Below are positions 29,492-38,831 of a DNA stretch of 64,000 bases, piece by piece. The stretch is from Spirochaetia bacterium. Its GTDB lineage: Bacteria; Spirochaetota; Spirochaetia; UBA9216. The stretch spans positions 256,001 to 320,000 of the forward strand of contig OZ223270.1 in the NCBI GenBank assembly GCA_965140585.1. Reading direction: 5' to 3'. Within the stretch, counting starts at the first letter, position 1. Each line of letters begins with the position of its first letter. The position numbers and the translations under genes were made by a program. A model generated the notes under the pieces. That model was not told the DNA's origin and searched no databases. It worked only from the letters and a program-made list of their open reading frames with translations.

Positions 29492-31894
29492 TCATAAAAG
29501 AACAGCCTCCACTTCAGCGCTTCTGCTCATGCCTCTAAGTAGATCTTCTGTTATAACATTCCCCGGACATACCAGACCATTTATCCTGAACTCGCGGACG
29601 CCACCGCAGCAGGATTCAGGATTTGAAATTTTTATGCTGAGATCAATTCCGCGAAACTTCCGTTTCACTGTGAACCCATCCCAGGAGGCGGGGATACAGG
29701 GGTCTATTTTCAGGCCTTCAAACACCGGCCGTATTCCAAGAATGTACTCTGTTGCGGCCCTGTATGCCCATGCGGCAGTTCCTGTAAGCCAGGAGTTCCG
29801 CCCAAGACCGAAGCATGGATGTTCGTCACTCAGAATATTCTGGGCATAGCAGTAGGGTTCGCATTCATAAGTATCAATAATTTCATTTTTAGCCGCAGGA
29901 TTAATTGCGCAGTAATAGTCAAAAGCTCTCTCTCCGTTACCAAGCATTGATTCGGCTATCATAACCCATGGGTTTGCGTGAAGAAATATTCCCGCATTCT
30001 CCTTTGCTCCCGGCGGATATGTTGTGACACCGCCCTTTTCGGGATCATAGCCTTCATATCCAGGACTCATCAGTTTGATTCCCGCTTCAGTCGCAAGCCG
30101 CCGGTTTACAGAATCAAGAGCCCTGACAGCCCTGTCCCTCGGGGCAAAGCCGCTTAATACCGCCCAGCTCTGTGCATTAGCAAAGATTGATGCATACCTG
30201 TCTTCAGGTGCACCGAGAGCCTTCCCCCTGTGATCGAAATAGCGGACATACCAGTCGCCGACCCAGGCTTCGGCATTAAAGATATCTTTCATTTTCACAT
30301 AATCCGCCTGAAGCCTTTCAACCAAAGCTGAATCCAGACCGCAGTATTCCAGAAGCTGAATCATTTCGCTTAAAGCAAAGCCGTAAAGACATGCTATGAA
30401 AGAAGATTCTGCTCCGGCAGGGAGATTAACAGTATCATTCCAGTCTGCAAAACCCAGAAGAGGAAGCCCGTGAGCTCCGGTGTTCTCTCCGGTAAATTTC
30501 AACGCCCGCAGCAAATGCTCAAGCACCGATGCAGATTCATCTGAATCATAAAATCTGATTTCTTTATCAAGGAAGGAAGTGTCACCGGTTTCTTTTATAA
30601 GCGAACATACAGCATATACAGCCCATAGGTGATCATCGCCGTAATACTGAGGCCGGTCGGGCATTTCTTCAGTTTCCCCCGGATGAGCTTCCCCCGAAAG
30701 AGGATTGTACTGATGCATTGCTGAACCGTTGGTTTTCTGGGTTTTAAGGATTTCCAGAAGGTAGTCAGCAGCCTCGGCCGGTTTCTGCGATATGATTCCG
30801 CATACATCCTGACAGGCATCCCTGAAACCTATTCCCCGTGCCCCGTATCCGGTCTGATAAATCGAAAGATATCGCGCCCAGTTCTTGGTTATGTAGCACT
30901 GCCTGGGATTATGAATATTCACCATGCTGTTCATATCATCAGCAGGAGTTTTGGCCTGAAAATAAGAAAGATGCTCATCCCAGAAATTCTTAATATTGCT
31001 GAAAGCTGAATTAACAACATCTTCAGAGCTGAACCTCTCAACAGCAGACACAGCACCGGCTTCCGAATCCGCCTGCCCGAGCATGGTAAAGAAGCGCTCA
31101 GTTTTTCCCGGAGCTATCTCAAGAGGAATCATAAGTACGGCTATATTATCACCGCGCTTCGCCTCTGTTCCCGGCAGTTCAGCTGCACTCAGGGCTGCAG
31201 GAGATTTCCACGAGCCGTATTCATTTGAACCAATAAAAACCCTCCGATCTGTTTCGAAGGATGAAGCAGCCCTGCTGGAACTGAAATAATTAAGCATTGT
31301 GTCGCGGTTCATATAGGCGGACTGAAGCAGAACAGTACTGCCAGAACTGCTTTTTACGGCACGGCTCTGCATGGTCTGGGGAACCCAGTCAGCGTTTGTA
31401 AGCTGCTTTAGCGCATCGAAGTGAGAATATTCTACAGCCGGAATGAAATCCAGCTTCAGCGTTTTATCGGACTTATTATGAATCCTGACATCCCTGATTT
31501 CAAGTTTTTCATCAACCGGGACAAAGATACAAATCTCTGATTCAAACTCTCCGGAATCAGTCTTTAAGATCAGGTACTGTGTTCCGATACGGCATTCATA
31601 ACTAATAATCCCTTCAGGAGAGGGCAGATAAAACGGGCTCAGAAGCCTGTAACCCGAAGCATCCTTAATCCGAATATATGCAGTAGTTCCGCGCATCTCG
31701 CCGGCAACCAGGAATGAGAGGTAACGTGTTATCCGGTTCAGAGCCGGGTCACCGCAGCAGAGCAGGGCTCCGCCTGTATGGTCGACAAAACCGCCGAAGG
31801 CAATTGTGCCGATATAGTTTATCCATTTAACAGGTGTGAGAGGATTGGTAATAACGTATTCCTTTGAATCATCATCAAAGTAGCCGTATGTCAC
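29492..31894 (-). CDS. GH94 glycoside phosphorylase (cellodextrin phosphorylase-like)
   Basis: WINY, GFRD, ADWND catalytic Asp, KENAGIFLH, NSWLTGTA. Confidence 0.88.
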   Translation of the reverse strand: MTYGYFDDDSKEYVITNPLTPVKWINYIGTIAFGGFVDHTGGALLCCGDPALNRITRYLSFLVAGEMRGTTAYIRIKDASGYRLLSPFYLPSPEGIISYECRIGTQYLILKTDSGEFESEICIFVPVDEKLEIRDVRIHNKSDKTLKLDFIPAVEYSHFDALKQLTNADWVPQTMQSRAVKSSSGSTVLLQSAYMNRDTMLNYFSSSRAASSFETDRRVFIGSNEYGSWKSPAALSAAELPGTEAKRGDNIAVLMIPLEIAPGKTERFFTMLGQADSEAGAVSAVERFSSEDVVNSAFSNIKNFWDEHLSYFQAKTPADDMNSMVNIHNPRQCYITKNWARYLSIYQTGYGARGIGFRDACQDVCGIISQKPAEAADYLLEILKTQKTNGSAMHQYNPLSGEAHPGETEEMPDRPQYYGDDHLWAVYAVCSLIKETGDTSFLDKEIRFYDSDESASVLEHLLRALKFTGENTGAHGLPLLGFADWNDTVNLPAGAESSFIACLYGFALSEMIQLLEYCGLDSALVERLQADYVKMKDIFNAEAWVGDWYVRYFDHRGKALGAPEDRYASIFANAQSWAVLSGFAPRDRAVRALDSVNRRLATEAGIKLMSPGYEGYDPEKGGVTTYPPGAKENAGIFLHANPWVMIAESMLGNGERAFDYYCAINPAAKNEIIDTYECEPYCYAQNILSDEHPCFGLGRNSWLTGTAAWAYRAATEYILGIRPVFEGLKIDPCIPASWDGFTVKRKFRGIDLSIKISNPESCCGGVREFRINGLVCPGNVITEDLLRGMSRSAEVEAVLL

Positions 31895-34323
31895 AGAAGC
31901 ACCTCTACATAATGTTCTGAATTATCAGAGAAGTAAGGAACGAACTTGCCCTCCACAGACATTCCGTCTACCTTCACCGAAGGAGCTTCACCGGCAGACG
32001 ATGCCCGTTTAACTTCAATACGGTAAAGGCTGCCTCTGCAGGTTCTTTCAACTGTAAATCCGCTCCAGTCTTCAGGAATTACCGGGTCTACAACCAGATG
32101 ATCAAAATCAGGTCTGATCCCCAGCACATACTGTGTGAAAGCAAAGAAGCTCCAGGATGCCGTACCGGTAAGCCATGAGTTCTTGGCTTCACCCTGAATA
32201 AAACCATCGCGGCCGGATATCATCTGCGAATATACATAGGGCTCTGTCTTATGCCTTTCCATAAGCGCATCATCATATCCCGGGCATATAGTCCGGTGAT
32301 ATTCCATAGCCTGAGCTCCGCGGCCCGCCATGGTCTCGGCAATTATTACCCAGGGATTATTGTGGCAGAAGATTGAACCGTTTTCCTTGTAGCCTTCCGG
32401 ATAACTCGATATTTCTCCCAGCTCAATATGGTAGCCGGTGTAGGGCGGCGAAAGGATCTGGATGCCGTAGGGTGAGTACAGATGCTTTTTAACTGAATCA
32501 AGAGCCTTAAGAGGTAATCCCTCATCCTTTCCAATCTCAGCCATCCCGCACATTCCCTGCGGTTCAATATAGATACTGCCTTCCGGGCATTCACGGCTGC
32601 CTACCCTGCTTCCATTGTGATCATATGCCCTGACAAACCACTCGCCGTCCCAGCCCTCGGCTTTTACAGCAGCTTCCATAGAGCTGATAGCCCCGTCCAT
32701 TTCCTCTGCGTCCTTATCAAGCCCGAGCTTACGGCAGAGGGCTGAGAAAGCACGGCCGGAGTATATAAACAGGCCGGCGATAAAAACAGATTCAGCTTTT
32801 CCCCCTTCGGCATGTCCGCAGGTCTGAAAAGATTCGTCAGGGTTATCCGAAAATGCATTGAGGTTCAGACAGTCGTTCCAGTCGCCCCGCCCGATAAGCG
32901 GAAGCCCGTGCGGACCGAGGTTTGAAAGCGTGAACCTGAATGAGCTTCTTATATGATCAAGCAGACTGCCGGTTTCTCCGTCACGATCCGCCCATTTGAC
33001 CTGTTCATCAAGAATGGAATAATCTCCGGTTTCCCTTACGTAGGTTGCCACTCCCATCGGCAGCCATAGCGGATCATCATTGAAATCTCCGCCGATATCA
33101 CTGTTGCCGGTCTTGGTCAAAGGCTGATACTGGTGATACGAGCTGCCGTCTGCAAACTGAAGGGACGCACCATCCAGTATTCTGGTTCTGACCCTCTGCG
33201 GCACAAGATGGTTGCAGGAAAGGGTATCCTGAAATGTATCCCTGAAACCGATGCCCCGGCTTATTCCTGATTCAAAAAGAGAGGCGCTTCGGGCAAGGTT
33301 GAACGTAACCATGCACTGGTACTGGTTCCAGGTGTTTATAATGCGGTCAATTTTGTTGTCAGGGGTTGAAATCTGAAATGCTGAAAGATAATCAGTCCAG
33401 TATTCCGCAAGATCTGCCAGGCCTGCAGCAATCTTTTCAGCCGAATCATACTTGCTAATCATTTCCAATGCTTCATCTTTTCGAAGCTTTCCCTTATCAT
33501 CCCATTTCTGATCACGGGGATTTTCGGCATAGCCGAGAACAAAGACAGCGGTTCTGCTTTCTCCGGGAGCAAGAGTCATTTTAAGATGGTGCGAGGCCTG
33601 CGGATGCCATCCGTGACAGACTGAATTTCCCGCTTTACCTGCTTCTACCGCCTGCGGCATAGCCAGCCCACGGTTTCGGCCCAGGAATGAGTCCCGATCG
33701 GTATCAAAGCCGGTGTAATCATCTGATACACAGCTGAAAAATGAATAATGGTTTCTTCTTTCCCGGTATTCGGTGCGATGATAAATAACCTGATTTTCAA
33801 TTTCCACTTCTCCGGTGCTGAAGTTGCGCTGAAAGTTGGTCATATCATCAAGAGCATTCCAGAGGCAGAACTCCACAAAAGAAAAGACATCTACAGTCTT
33901 TTGAGAACTGCTCTTATTACTCACTTTCAGGCGGATTACTTCACCCTTATATCCGCGGGGAATGAAATGCAGCTGTGAAACTTCAAGTCCGTTTTTAGCT
34001 CCGGTGATTTCGGTATAGCCCATTCCATGCCTGCATGAATAACTGTCAAGTTCTGCACATACCGGTTTGAATGAAGGACTCCAGACATCATTTCCATCAT
34101 TTATATAGAAGTAACGGCCGTTGCTGTCCACCGGAACATCATTGTAGCGGTACCTTGTAATACGTCTGAGCTTGGGATCCCGGTAAAAGGCATAACCTCC
34201 GGCTGTGTTGCTTATAATGGAAAAGAACTCATCGGTTCCAAGGTAGTTTATCCATGGATATGGTGTATCGGGTGTATTAATAAGGAATTCCCGTGCTTTT
34301 TCATCGAACTGTCCGAAACTCAC
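31891..34323 (-). CDS. GH94 cellobiose phosphorylase
   Basis: PYPWINYLG, DDMTNFQRN, GFRD, HQYQPLT, DWNDCLNL, KENGSIFCH, NSWLTGTA. Confidence 0.9.
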   Translation of the reverse strand: MSFGQFDEKAREFLINTPDTPYPWINYLGTDEFFSIISNTAGGYAFYRDPKLRRITRYRYNDVPVDSNGRYFYINDGNDVWSPSFKPVCAELDSYSCRHGMGYTEITGAKNGLEVSQLHFIPRGYKGEVIRLKVSNKSSSQKTVDVFSFVEFCLWNALDDMTNFQRNFSTGEVEIENQVIYHRTEYRERRNHYSFFSCVSDDYTGFDTDRDSFLGRNRGLAMPQAVEAGKAGNSVCHGWHPQASHHLKMTLAPGESRTAVFVLGYAENPRDQKWDDKGKLRKDEALEMISKYDSAEKIAAGLADLAEYWTDYLSAFQISTPDNKIDRIINTWNQYQCMVTFNLARSASLFESGISRGIGFRDTFQDTLSCNHLVPQRVRTRILDGASLQFADGSSYHQYQPLTKTGNSDIGGDFNDDPLWLPMGVATYVRETGDYSILDEQVKWADRDGETGSLLDHIRSSFRFTLSNLGPHGLPLIGRGDWNDCLNLNAFSDNPDESFQTCGHAEGGKAESVFIAGLFIYSGRAFSALCRKLGLDKDAEEMDGAISSMEAAVKAEGWDGEWFVRAYDHNGSRVGSRECPEGSIYIEPQGMCGMAEIGKDEGLPLKALDSVKKHLYSPYGIQILSPPYTGYHIELGEISSYPEGYKENGSIFCHNNPWVIIAETMAGRGAQAMEYHRTICPGYDDALMERHKTEPYVYSQMISGRDGFIQGEAKNSWLTGTASWSFFAFTQYVLGIRPDFDHLVVDPVIPEDWSGFTVERTCRGSLYRIEVKRASSAGEAPSVKVDGMSVEGKFVPYFSDNSEHYVEVLL

Positions 34324-35513
34324 TATACTGCTTCTCCTCTGGCGTCAACGATAGACTCTATGCTGCTTATAATATTCTGCCTGGTGCTCTGATTCTGGTC
34401 CGGAGAGATTGTCTGGGGCGGAATTGAAAAGAGATGCTCCAGAATGAGACCTGAAGCTCCATAGGCAACAGAAAACTCTTTTTTGGAAAACTCCGAAATG
34501 CTGCACTCCGGCTGTTCACTGTACATCCAGTTATCTTTTATGGCTGCTTTCATAACAGGAATAATCTCATCCTGAAAATCAGTCTCTGTTCCTCCAAAGA
34601 AAAGATGATCCATATTGAATGTATTAACAAGAAGTGCCGCATTTTTCGAAAGCTCGCTTATAAACTTCATAAAGACCGATTTATCATTCATGACATTTAC
34701 GGTCTCATCCTTTGTAAGTGAGAACTGATTAAGACTTCCCGGTGCAGTGAATATACTTTTGAACTCACCGGCTGTGTGGTCCGACCCGCTGTAGACCTTC
34801 CGATCTATCGCTATTCCAAGACCGACAGCAATACCGCCCTTTCCTGTATTCAGAATCTCATCCTTTCTGAACTCAATAAGAAGAACAAGGTAATTCCTCA
34901 GTTTTTCATCACGGTTAAGGGCCAGCTCTCCCCAGGCACAGCAGTTGGCATCATTCTCAATAAAGACAGGGATGCTGAAACTGTGCTTTTCAAATTCCTC
35001 ATAAACATTAAAATCTGAAGTTATATCAAGCGGTATTGATCTTCTGATGATCCCGTTAACAGAATCAATAATACCGGAAATACCTATACCAACAGAAATA
35101 ATCGGAGCTTCAATCTCCTTCTGAATTGAATTAGTGATCTCAATAATTTTAGACGCAAGGTTTTCACTTGTAAAAACCTCGTTTCTTATTTCTGAACGAA
35201 TCAGTTCACCTTCAAGATTTGTTACAGCAAGCTTGTATGATGAATAAGGCTGAATTTCCACACCCAGAATTACGCCGAAGTTCTTGTTAATTGCAAGATG
35301 CACCGGCTTACGTCCGCCTGTTGCTCCTGCCTTGCCTTCTGCTATGGTTTCAATAATTCCTGATTCAAGCAGTTTTGAAACAATCAGGGTAACAGTTGAT
35401 TTATCGATTTCAAGAAGTCTTGAAAGCTCAATCCTGCTTATACCCTTGTTCTGCCATACTGCCCGGAGAATCTTCGGGATATTTAATGAATTTGTGTCAG
35501 TAAAAAATGCCAA
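34323..35513 (-). CDS. ROK family transcriptional regulator
   Basis: ISRIELSRLLEIDKSTVT HTH, GGRKP, ENDAN, AGE. Confidence 0.9.
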   Translation of the reverse strand: MAFFTDTNSLNIPKILRAVWQNKGISRIELSRLLEIDKSTVTLIVSKLLESGIIETIAEGKAGATGGRKPVHLAINKNFGVILGVEIQPYSSYKLAVTNLEGELIRSEIRNEVFTSENLASKIIEITNSIQKEIEAPIISVGIGISGIIDSVNGIIRRSIPLDITSDFNVYEEFEKHSFSIPVFIENDANCCAWGELALNRDEKLRNYLVLLIEFRKDEILNTGKGGIAVGLGIAIDRKVYSGSDHTAGEFKSIFTAPGSLNQFSLTKDETVNVMNDKSVFMKFISELSKNAALLVNTFNMDHLFFGGTETDFQDEIIPVMKAAIKDNWMYSEQPECSISEFSKKEFSVAYGASGLILEHLFSIPPQTISPDQNQSTRQNIISSIESIVDARGEAV

Positions 35514-35528
35514 AATAACCTCATTTGA

Positions 35529-35581
35529 TTGGTTGAATAAATCAACTAACCTAAGTCTAACATAGATCTGCGAACTGTCAA
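35529..35581 (-). promoter_or_regulatory. Promoter of the ROK-GH94 operon with a ROK-like inverted repeat
   Basis: TTGACA-16bp-TAGACT with extended TG; TTGGTTGA-ATAAA-TCAACTAA dyad at 35529-35549. Confidence 0.55.
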
Positions 35582-35625
35582 TAAAAAATCAGCACTAAAA
35601 ACGGGAAATTTACTGAAAATAAAAT

Positions 35626-35656
35626 TTGACCTTCCCATTTTGGCAAGGTTTATAAT
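35626..35656 (+). promoter_or_regulatory. MerR-type promoter (19-bp spacer with dyad) of the GRE gene
   Basis: TTGACC-ttcccattttggcaaggtt-TATAAT; dyad ACCTTCCCA-ttt-TGGCAAGGT. Confidence 0.85.
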
Positions 35657-35685
35657 TTTTTTGTAACCCAAATGGAGGAAAATAT

Positions 35686-38076
35686 ATGATTACTGCAAGA
35701 GTCCAGAGAATGATGGACCGGCTGGAGGTAGAGAAATATCCGATACTAGCCGAAAAGGCCAGGCTTACAATTGAAGCATGGAACAGTCACGAAGGTCTTC
35801 CTTCCGTCCTGCAGCGTGCTTATGCTACCGCACACTACCTTGATAACCGCACCATTTATATAGATGACGATGAGCTTATTGCCGGAAATGTATCCAGCAA
35901 ACCGATGGGAATGGAAGCGGCAACATGGGGGCCCTTCTGGGAGGATAAGGATCTCGAAACAATGGACAGCGTTTTTGAGATCAGTGATGAGGATCGTAAA
36001 ACACTTAGAGGCCTTGATTCTTTCTGGGAAGGCAAGGGCCGTCAGATTTATGAATGGCAGGGACGTTACTATGACGATCACCACTTATGGCCTTTTATAA
36101 GATCAGGAATCCTCTGCCCGCCCTGGACAGATAAAACCAAGGGACGCGGTTCAGGAGGCGCAGGCTTCGGATGGGGTCTGGGAATCGGACTCTCATTCTT
36201 TGTTCCTGACTATGAAAAAATTGTAAAAGAAGGAATAAGCAAAACCCTGCATGATGCTGAGCAGGAACTTTTAACTCTCAGATACCATGACCAGGATTCA
36301 ATCGACAAGGCGGACTACCTTAAGGCGGTAATTATTGCGCTCAGTTCCATGGTAAGAATGTACCACCGCTACGGAGACGCCTGTCAGAAGAAGGCGGATG
36401 AAACTGCTGATGAAACACGAAAGAAGGAATTTCTGCGAATGGCCGACACCTGTCACTGGATAGCCGATAATCCTTCCCGCAATTTCCGTGACGCCCTTCA
36501 GAATTTCTATTTTTACTGGATGATGATTGCCCACGGAGTTACTCCGGGCGGCCGCTTTGACCAGTACATGTACCCATTCTATAAAAAAGACATTGAATCC
36601 GGTGAAATTACCGAGGATGAGGTAATAGAACTTCTGGGAATGCTTCGAATCAAGATAATGCAGTTCAACTTTATAAGCGGCGGAGCACTTCAGCGCGATA
36701 AATGGGCAGGAATGGCCAGATGGCACAACTTTGTCATCGGCGGTGTTGATAAAGACGGAAACGACGCAACAAACGAACTGTCCTACCATGTTCTTCAGGC
36801 TGCATTCGACGTAAGAGTTCCGCAGTACACAATTACTATCAGGGTAAACAAGAACACTCCCGACGCACTTATGAAAAAGGGAGCAGAACTGGTAAGAACG
36901 GGAATAGGAATGCCGGCCTTTATATCCGACGACAGCTATATCTCCGGTCTTGTTGACCAGGGAGTCCCGCTTGAAGAGGCTCGCGGCTATGCCCTTGCCG
37001 GCTGTCTGGATCTAAACATCCCCGGAAAATCCAGAATAAACGCCCTGGGTATGTTCATAGTTCCAAAGGTTCTGGATATAACAATGCATAACGGGTTACT
37101 TACTTCAACCGGAGAGCAGATCGGTCCTAAAACCGGAGAAATGAAAGACTTTAAAACCTTTGATGAGTTCTACACTGCCTTCAAGACCCAGCTTTTTCAC
37201 TTTATGGGTATGTACAATGAGGAACATAATATTCTTATCCATGTAACCCACCATACTCAGCCTGATGTAGTGCATTCAGCCTTCACCTATGAGGGTATAA
37301 CTTCCGGAAAGGACATGAATCAGCGGAAGATGTTCTACGAGAATGCATCAATGTTCAATCCTGTAGGCATGATTAACGTCGTAAATTCAATGGCAGCTGT
37401 TAAGAAACTTGTTTTTGATGAAAAGAAATTTTCAATGGTAGAACTCTATTCTGCTATTGAGGCTGACTGGCTCGGATATGAAAATATTCAGGATCTCTGC
37501 CTGAATGCTCCAAAATACGGAAACAACGACTCTTTCGTTGATGAAATTGCCAAAGATCTCTTCGGATACTGGATATCATCAACTTCAAAATTCAGATCCG
37601 TTTACGGTGAACAGCCCAGACCGACCGGAATATCAATTACCGCGCACGCACCGGGCGGTTCATACACCTGCGCAACTCCTGACGGCCGAAAATCTGGTGA
37701 AACCCTCTGTGACGGGGTAGTCTCTCCAGCCCAGGGAAGTGATGTTCATGGTCCAACAGCCTCTCTGCAGAGCGCAATGCAGATCGATCAGACTCCGTTC
37801 AATGCCATGCTGCTGAATATGAAAATTGATCCTAGCGCACTTAAAAGTGATTCTGATCTTATGAAGCTTTCCGCGCTTATCAAAACCTACATGTTCAACG
37901 GCGGAAAACATATTCAGTTCAACGTTGTAGACAATAAAACACTTAGAACTGCACAGATAACACCTGAAAAATACAGGGATCTGATTGTAAGGGTTGCAGG
38001 ATACAGCACCTATTTCACAATTCTCACACCTGCTGTGCAGGAAGAAATCATTAAGCGGACGGAAAATAAGCTATAG
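35686..38076 (+). CDS. Glycyl radical enzyme (PFL2-like superfamily), function unknown
   Basis: GRFDQY, Cys loop AGCLD (C440), PKYGN, ATPDGR, HIQFN, RVAGYS (G772); RBS GGAGG. Confidence 0.95.
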   Translation: MITARVQRMMDRLEVEKYPILAEKARLTIEAWNSHEGLPSVLQRAYATAHYLDNRTIYIDDDELIAGNVSSKPMGMEAATWGPFWEDKDLETMDSVFEISDEDRKTLRGLDSFWEGKGRQIYEWQGRYYDDHHLWPFIRSGILCPPWTDKTKGRGSGGAGFGWGLGIGLSFFVPDYEKIVKEGISKTLHDAEQELLTLRYHDQDSIDKADYLKAVIIALSSMVRMYHRYGDACQKKADETADETRKKEFLRMADTCHWIADNPSRNFRDALQNFYFYWMMIAHGVTPGGRFDQYMYPFYKKDIESGEITEDEVIELLGMLRIKIMQFNFISGGALQRDKWAGMARWHNFVIGGVDKDGNDATNELSYHVLQAAFDVRVPQYTITIRVNKNTPDALMKKGAELVRTGIGMPAFISDDSYISGLVDQGVPLEEARGYALAGCLDLNIPGKSRINALGMFIVPKVLDITMHNGLLTSTGEQIGPKTGEMKDFKTFDEFYTAFKTQLFHFMGMYNEEHNILIHVTHHTQPDVVHSAFTYEGITSGKDMNQRKMFYENASMFNPVGMINVVNSMAAVKKLVFDEKKFSMVELYSAIEADWLGYENIQDLCLNAPKYGNNDSFVDEIAKDLFGYWISSTSKFRSVYGEQPRPTGISITAHAPGGSYTCATPDGRKSGETLCDGVVSPAQGSDVHGPTASLQSAMQIDQTPFNAMLLNMKIDPSALKSDSDLMKLSALIKTYMFNGGKHIQFNVVDNKTLRTAQITPEKYRDLIVRVAGYSTYFTILTPAVQEEIIKRTENKL

Positions 38077-38130
38077 AGATTCGATAATCCTTCTAAATAT
38101 CGATTATTTAAAAACGTTACAACCAGCCAT

Positions 38131-38166
38131 GGGGTCATCCAATTTTTATTGGATGACCTCCTTTTT
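38131..38166 (+). terminator. Intrinsic terminator after the GRE gene
   Basis: GGTCATCCAAT...ATTGGATGACC stem followed by CTTTTT. Confidence 0.75.
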
Positions 38167-38212
38167 AAAAACTGCGATAAACACTGATTTTGATCAATGA
38201 AATTAATTTTTC

Positions 38213-38243
38213 TTGACCTTCCCAATATGGTAAGGCTTAAAAT
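38213..38243 (+). promoter_or_regulatory. MerR-type promoter (19-bp spacer with dyad) of tctBAC
   Basis: TTGACC-ttcccaatatggtaaggct-TAAAAT; near copy of 35626-35656. Confidence 0.85.
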
Positions 38244-38339
38244 TTCGAGAAATTCACAAAAGAATTGGTTGATTATCGGTTGGCGGCACTGACATGCATT
38301 GCGCAGCTAAAAACTGAGAAAATAATAAGGAGAAGGGTT

Positions 38340-38813
38340 TTGACCTCGAAATTTATCCACAAGGACAGAGTTCTCGGACTCATAATGCTGGCTGTAACGG
38401 CGTTCTTCGTATTTCACACCTTAAGACTGCCTGAATCTTACGTTCAGGGTGATCCCGGCCCACGAGTATTCCCCTACATAGGTTGTTTTCTTCTGGGAAT
38501 AATCGGAATTTCCTATCTGTTCAAGAAAAATCCGGACACAAAAACCGTTATGGACAGGGAAGAGCTGAAACGTCTTGTGCTTCTGTTTTCCCTGTATGTA
38601 CTGTTCTTTGTACTGCTCTGGCTTTTCGGCTACCTTGTTGCGATTCCTGCGGCGACATTCCTTATTTCAATGCTGTTCTCAAGGGAAGCAAGTATTAAAA
38701 CCAGAAGCGTAATTATTTATACCGCACTGGTTACGCTAGGAATCTACATCGCATACGTTGTAGCTCTCGGCTCTTCTCTTCCGAAGGGCATATTCTGGAA
38801 CCTTTTCAGGTAG
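38340..38813 (+). CDS. tctB: Tripartite tricarboxylate transporter small subunit TctB
   Basis: GPRVFP, FGY and LPKG motifs; TTG start at 38340 after AGGAG. Confidence 0.85.
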   Translation: MTSKFIHKDRVLGLIMLAVTAFFVFHTLRLPESYVQGDPGPRVFPYIGCFLLGIIGISYLFKKNPDTKTVMDREELKRLVLLFSLYVLFFVLLWLFGYLVAIPAATFLISMLFSREASIKTRSVIIYTALVTLGIYIAYVVALGSSLPKGIFWNLFR

Positions 38814-38831
38814 AAAAGGAAGGTAGACAAA

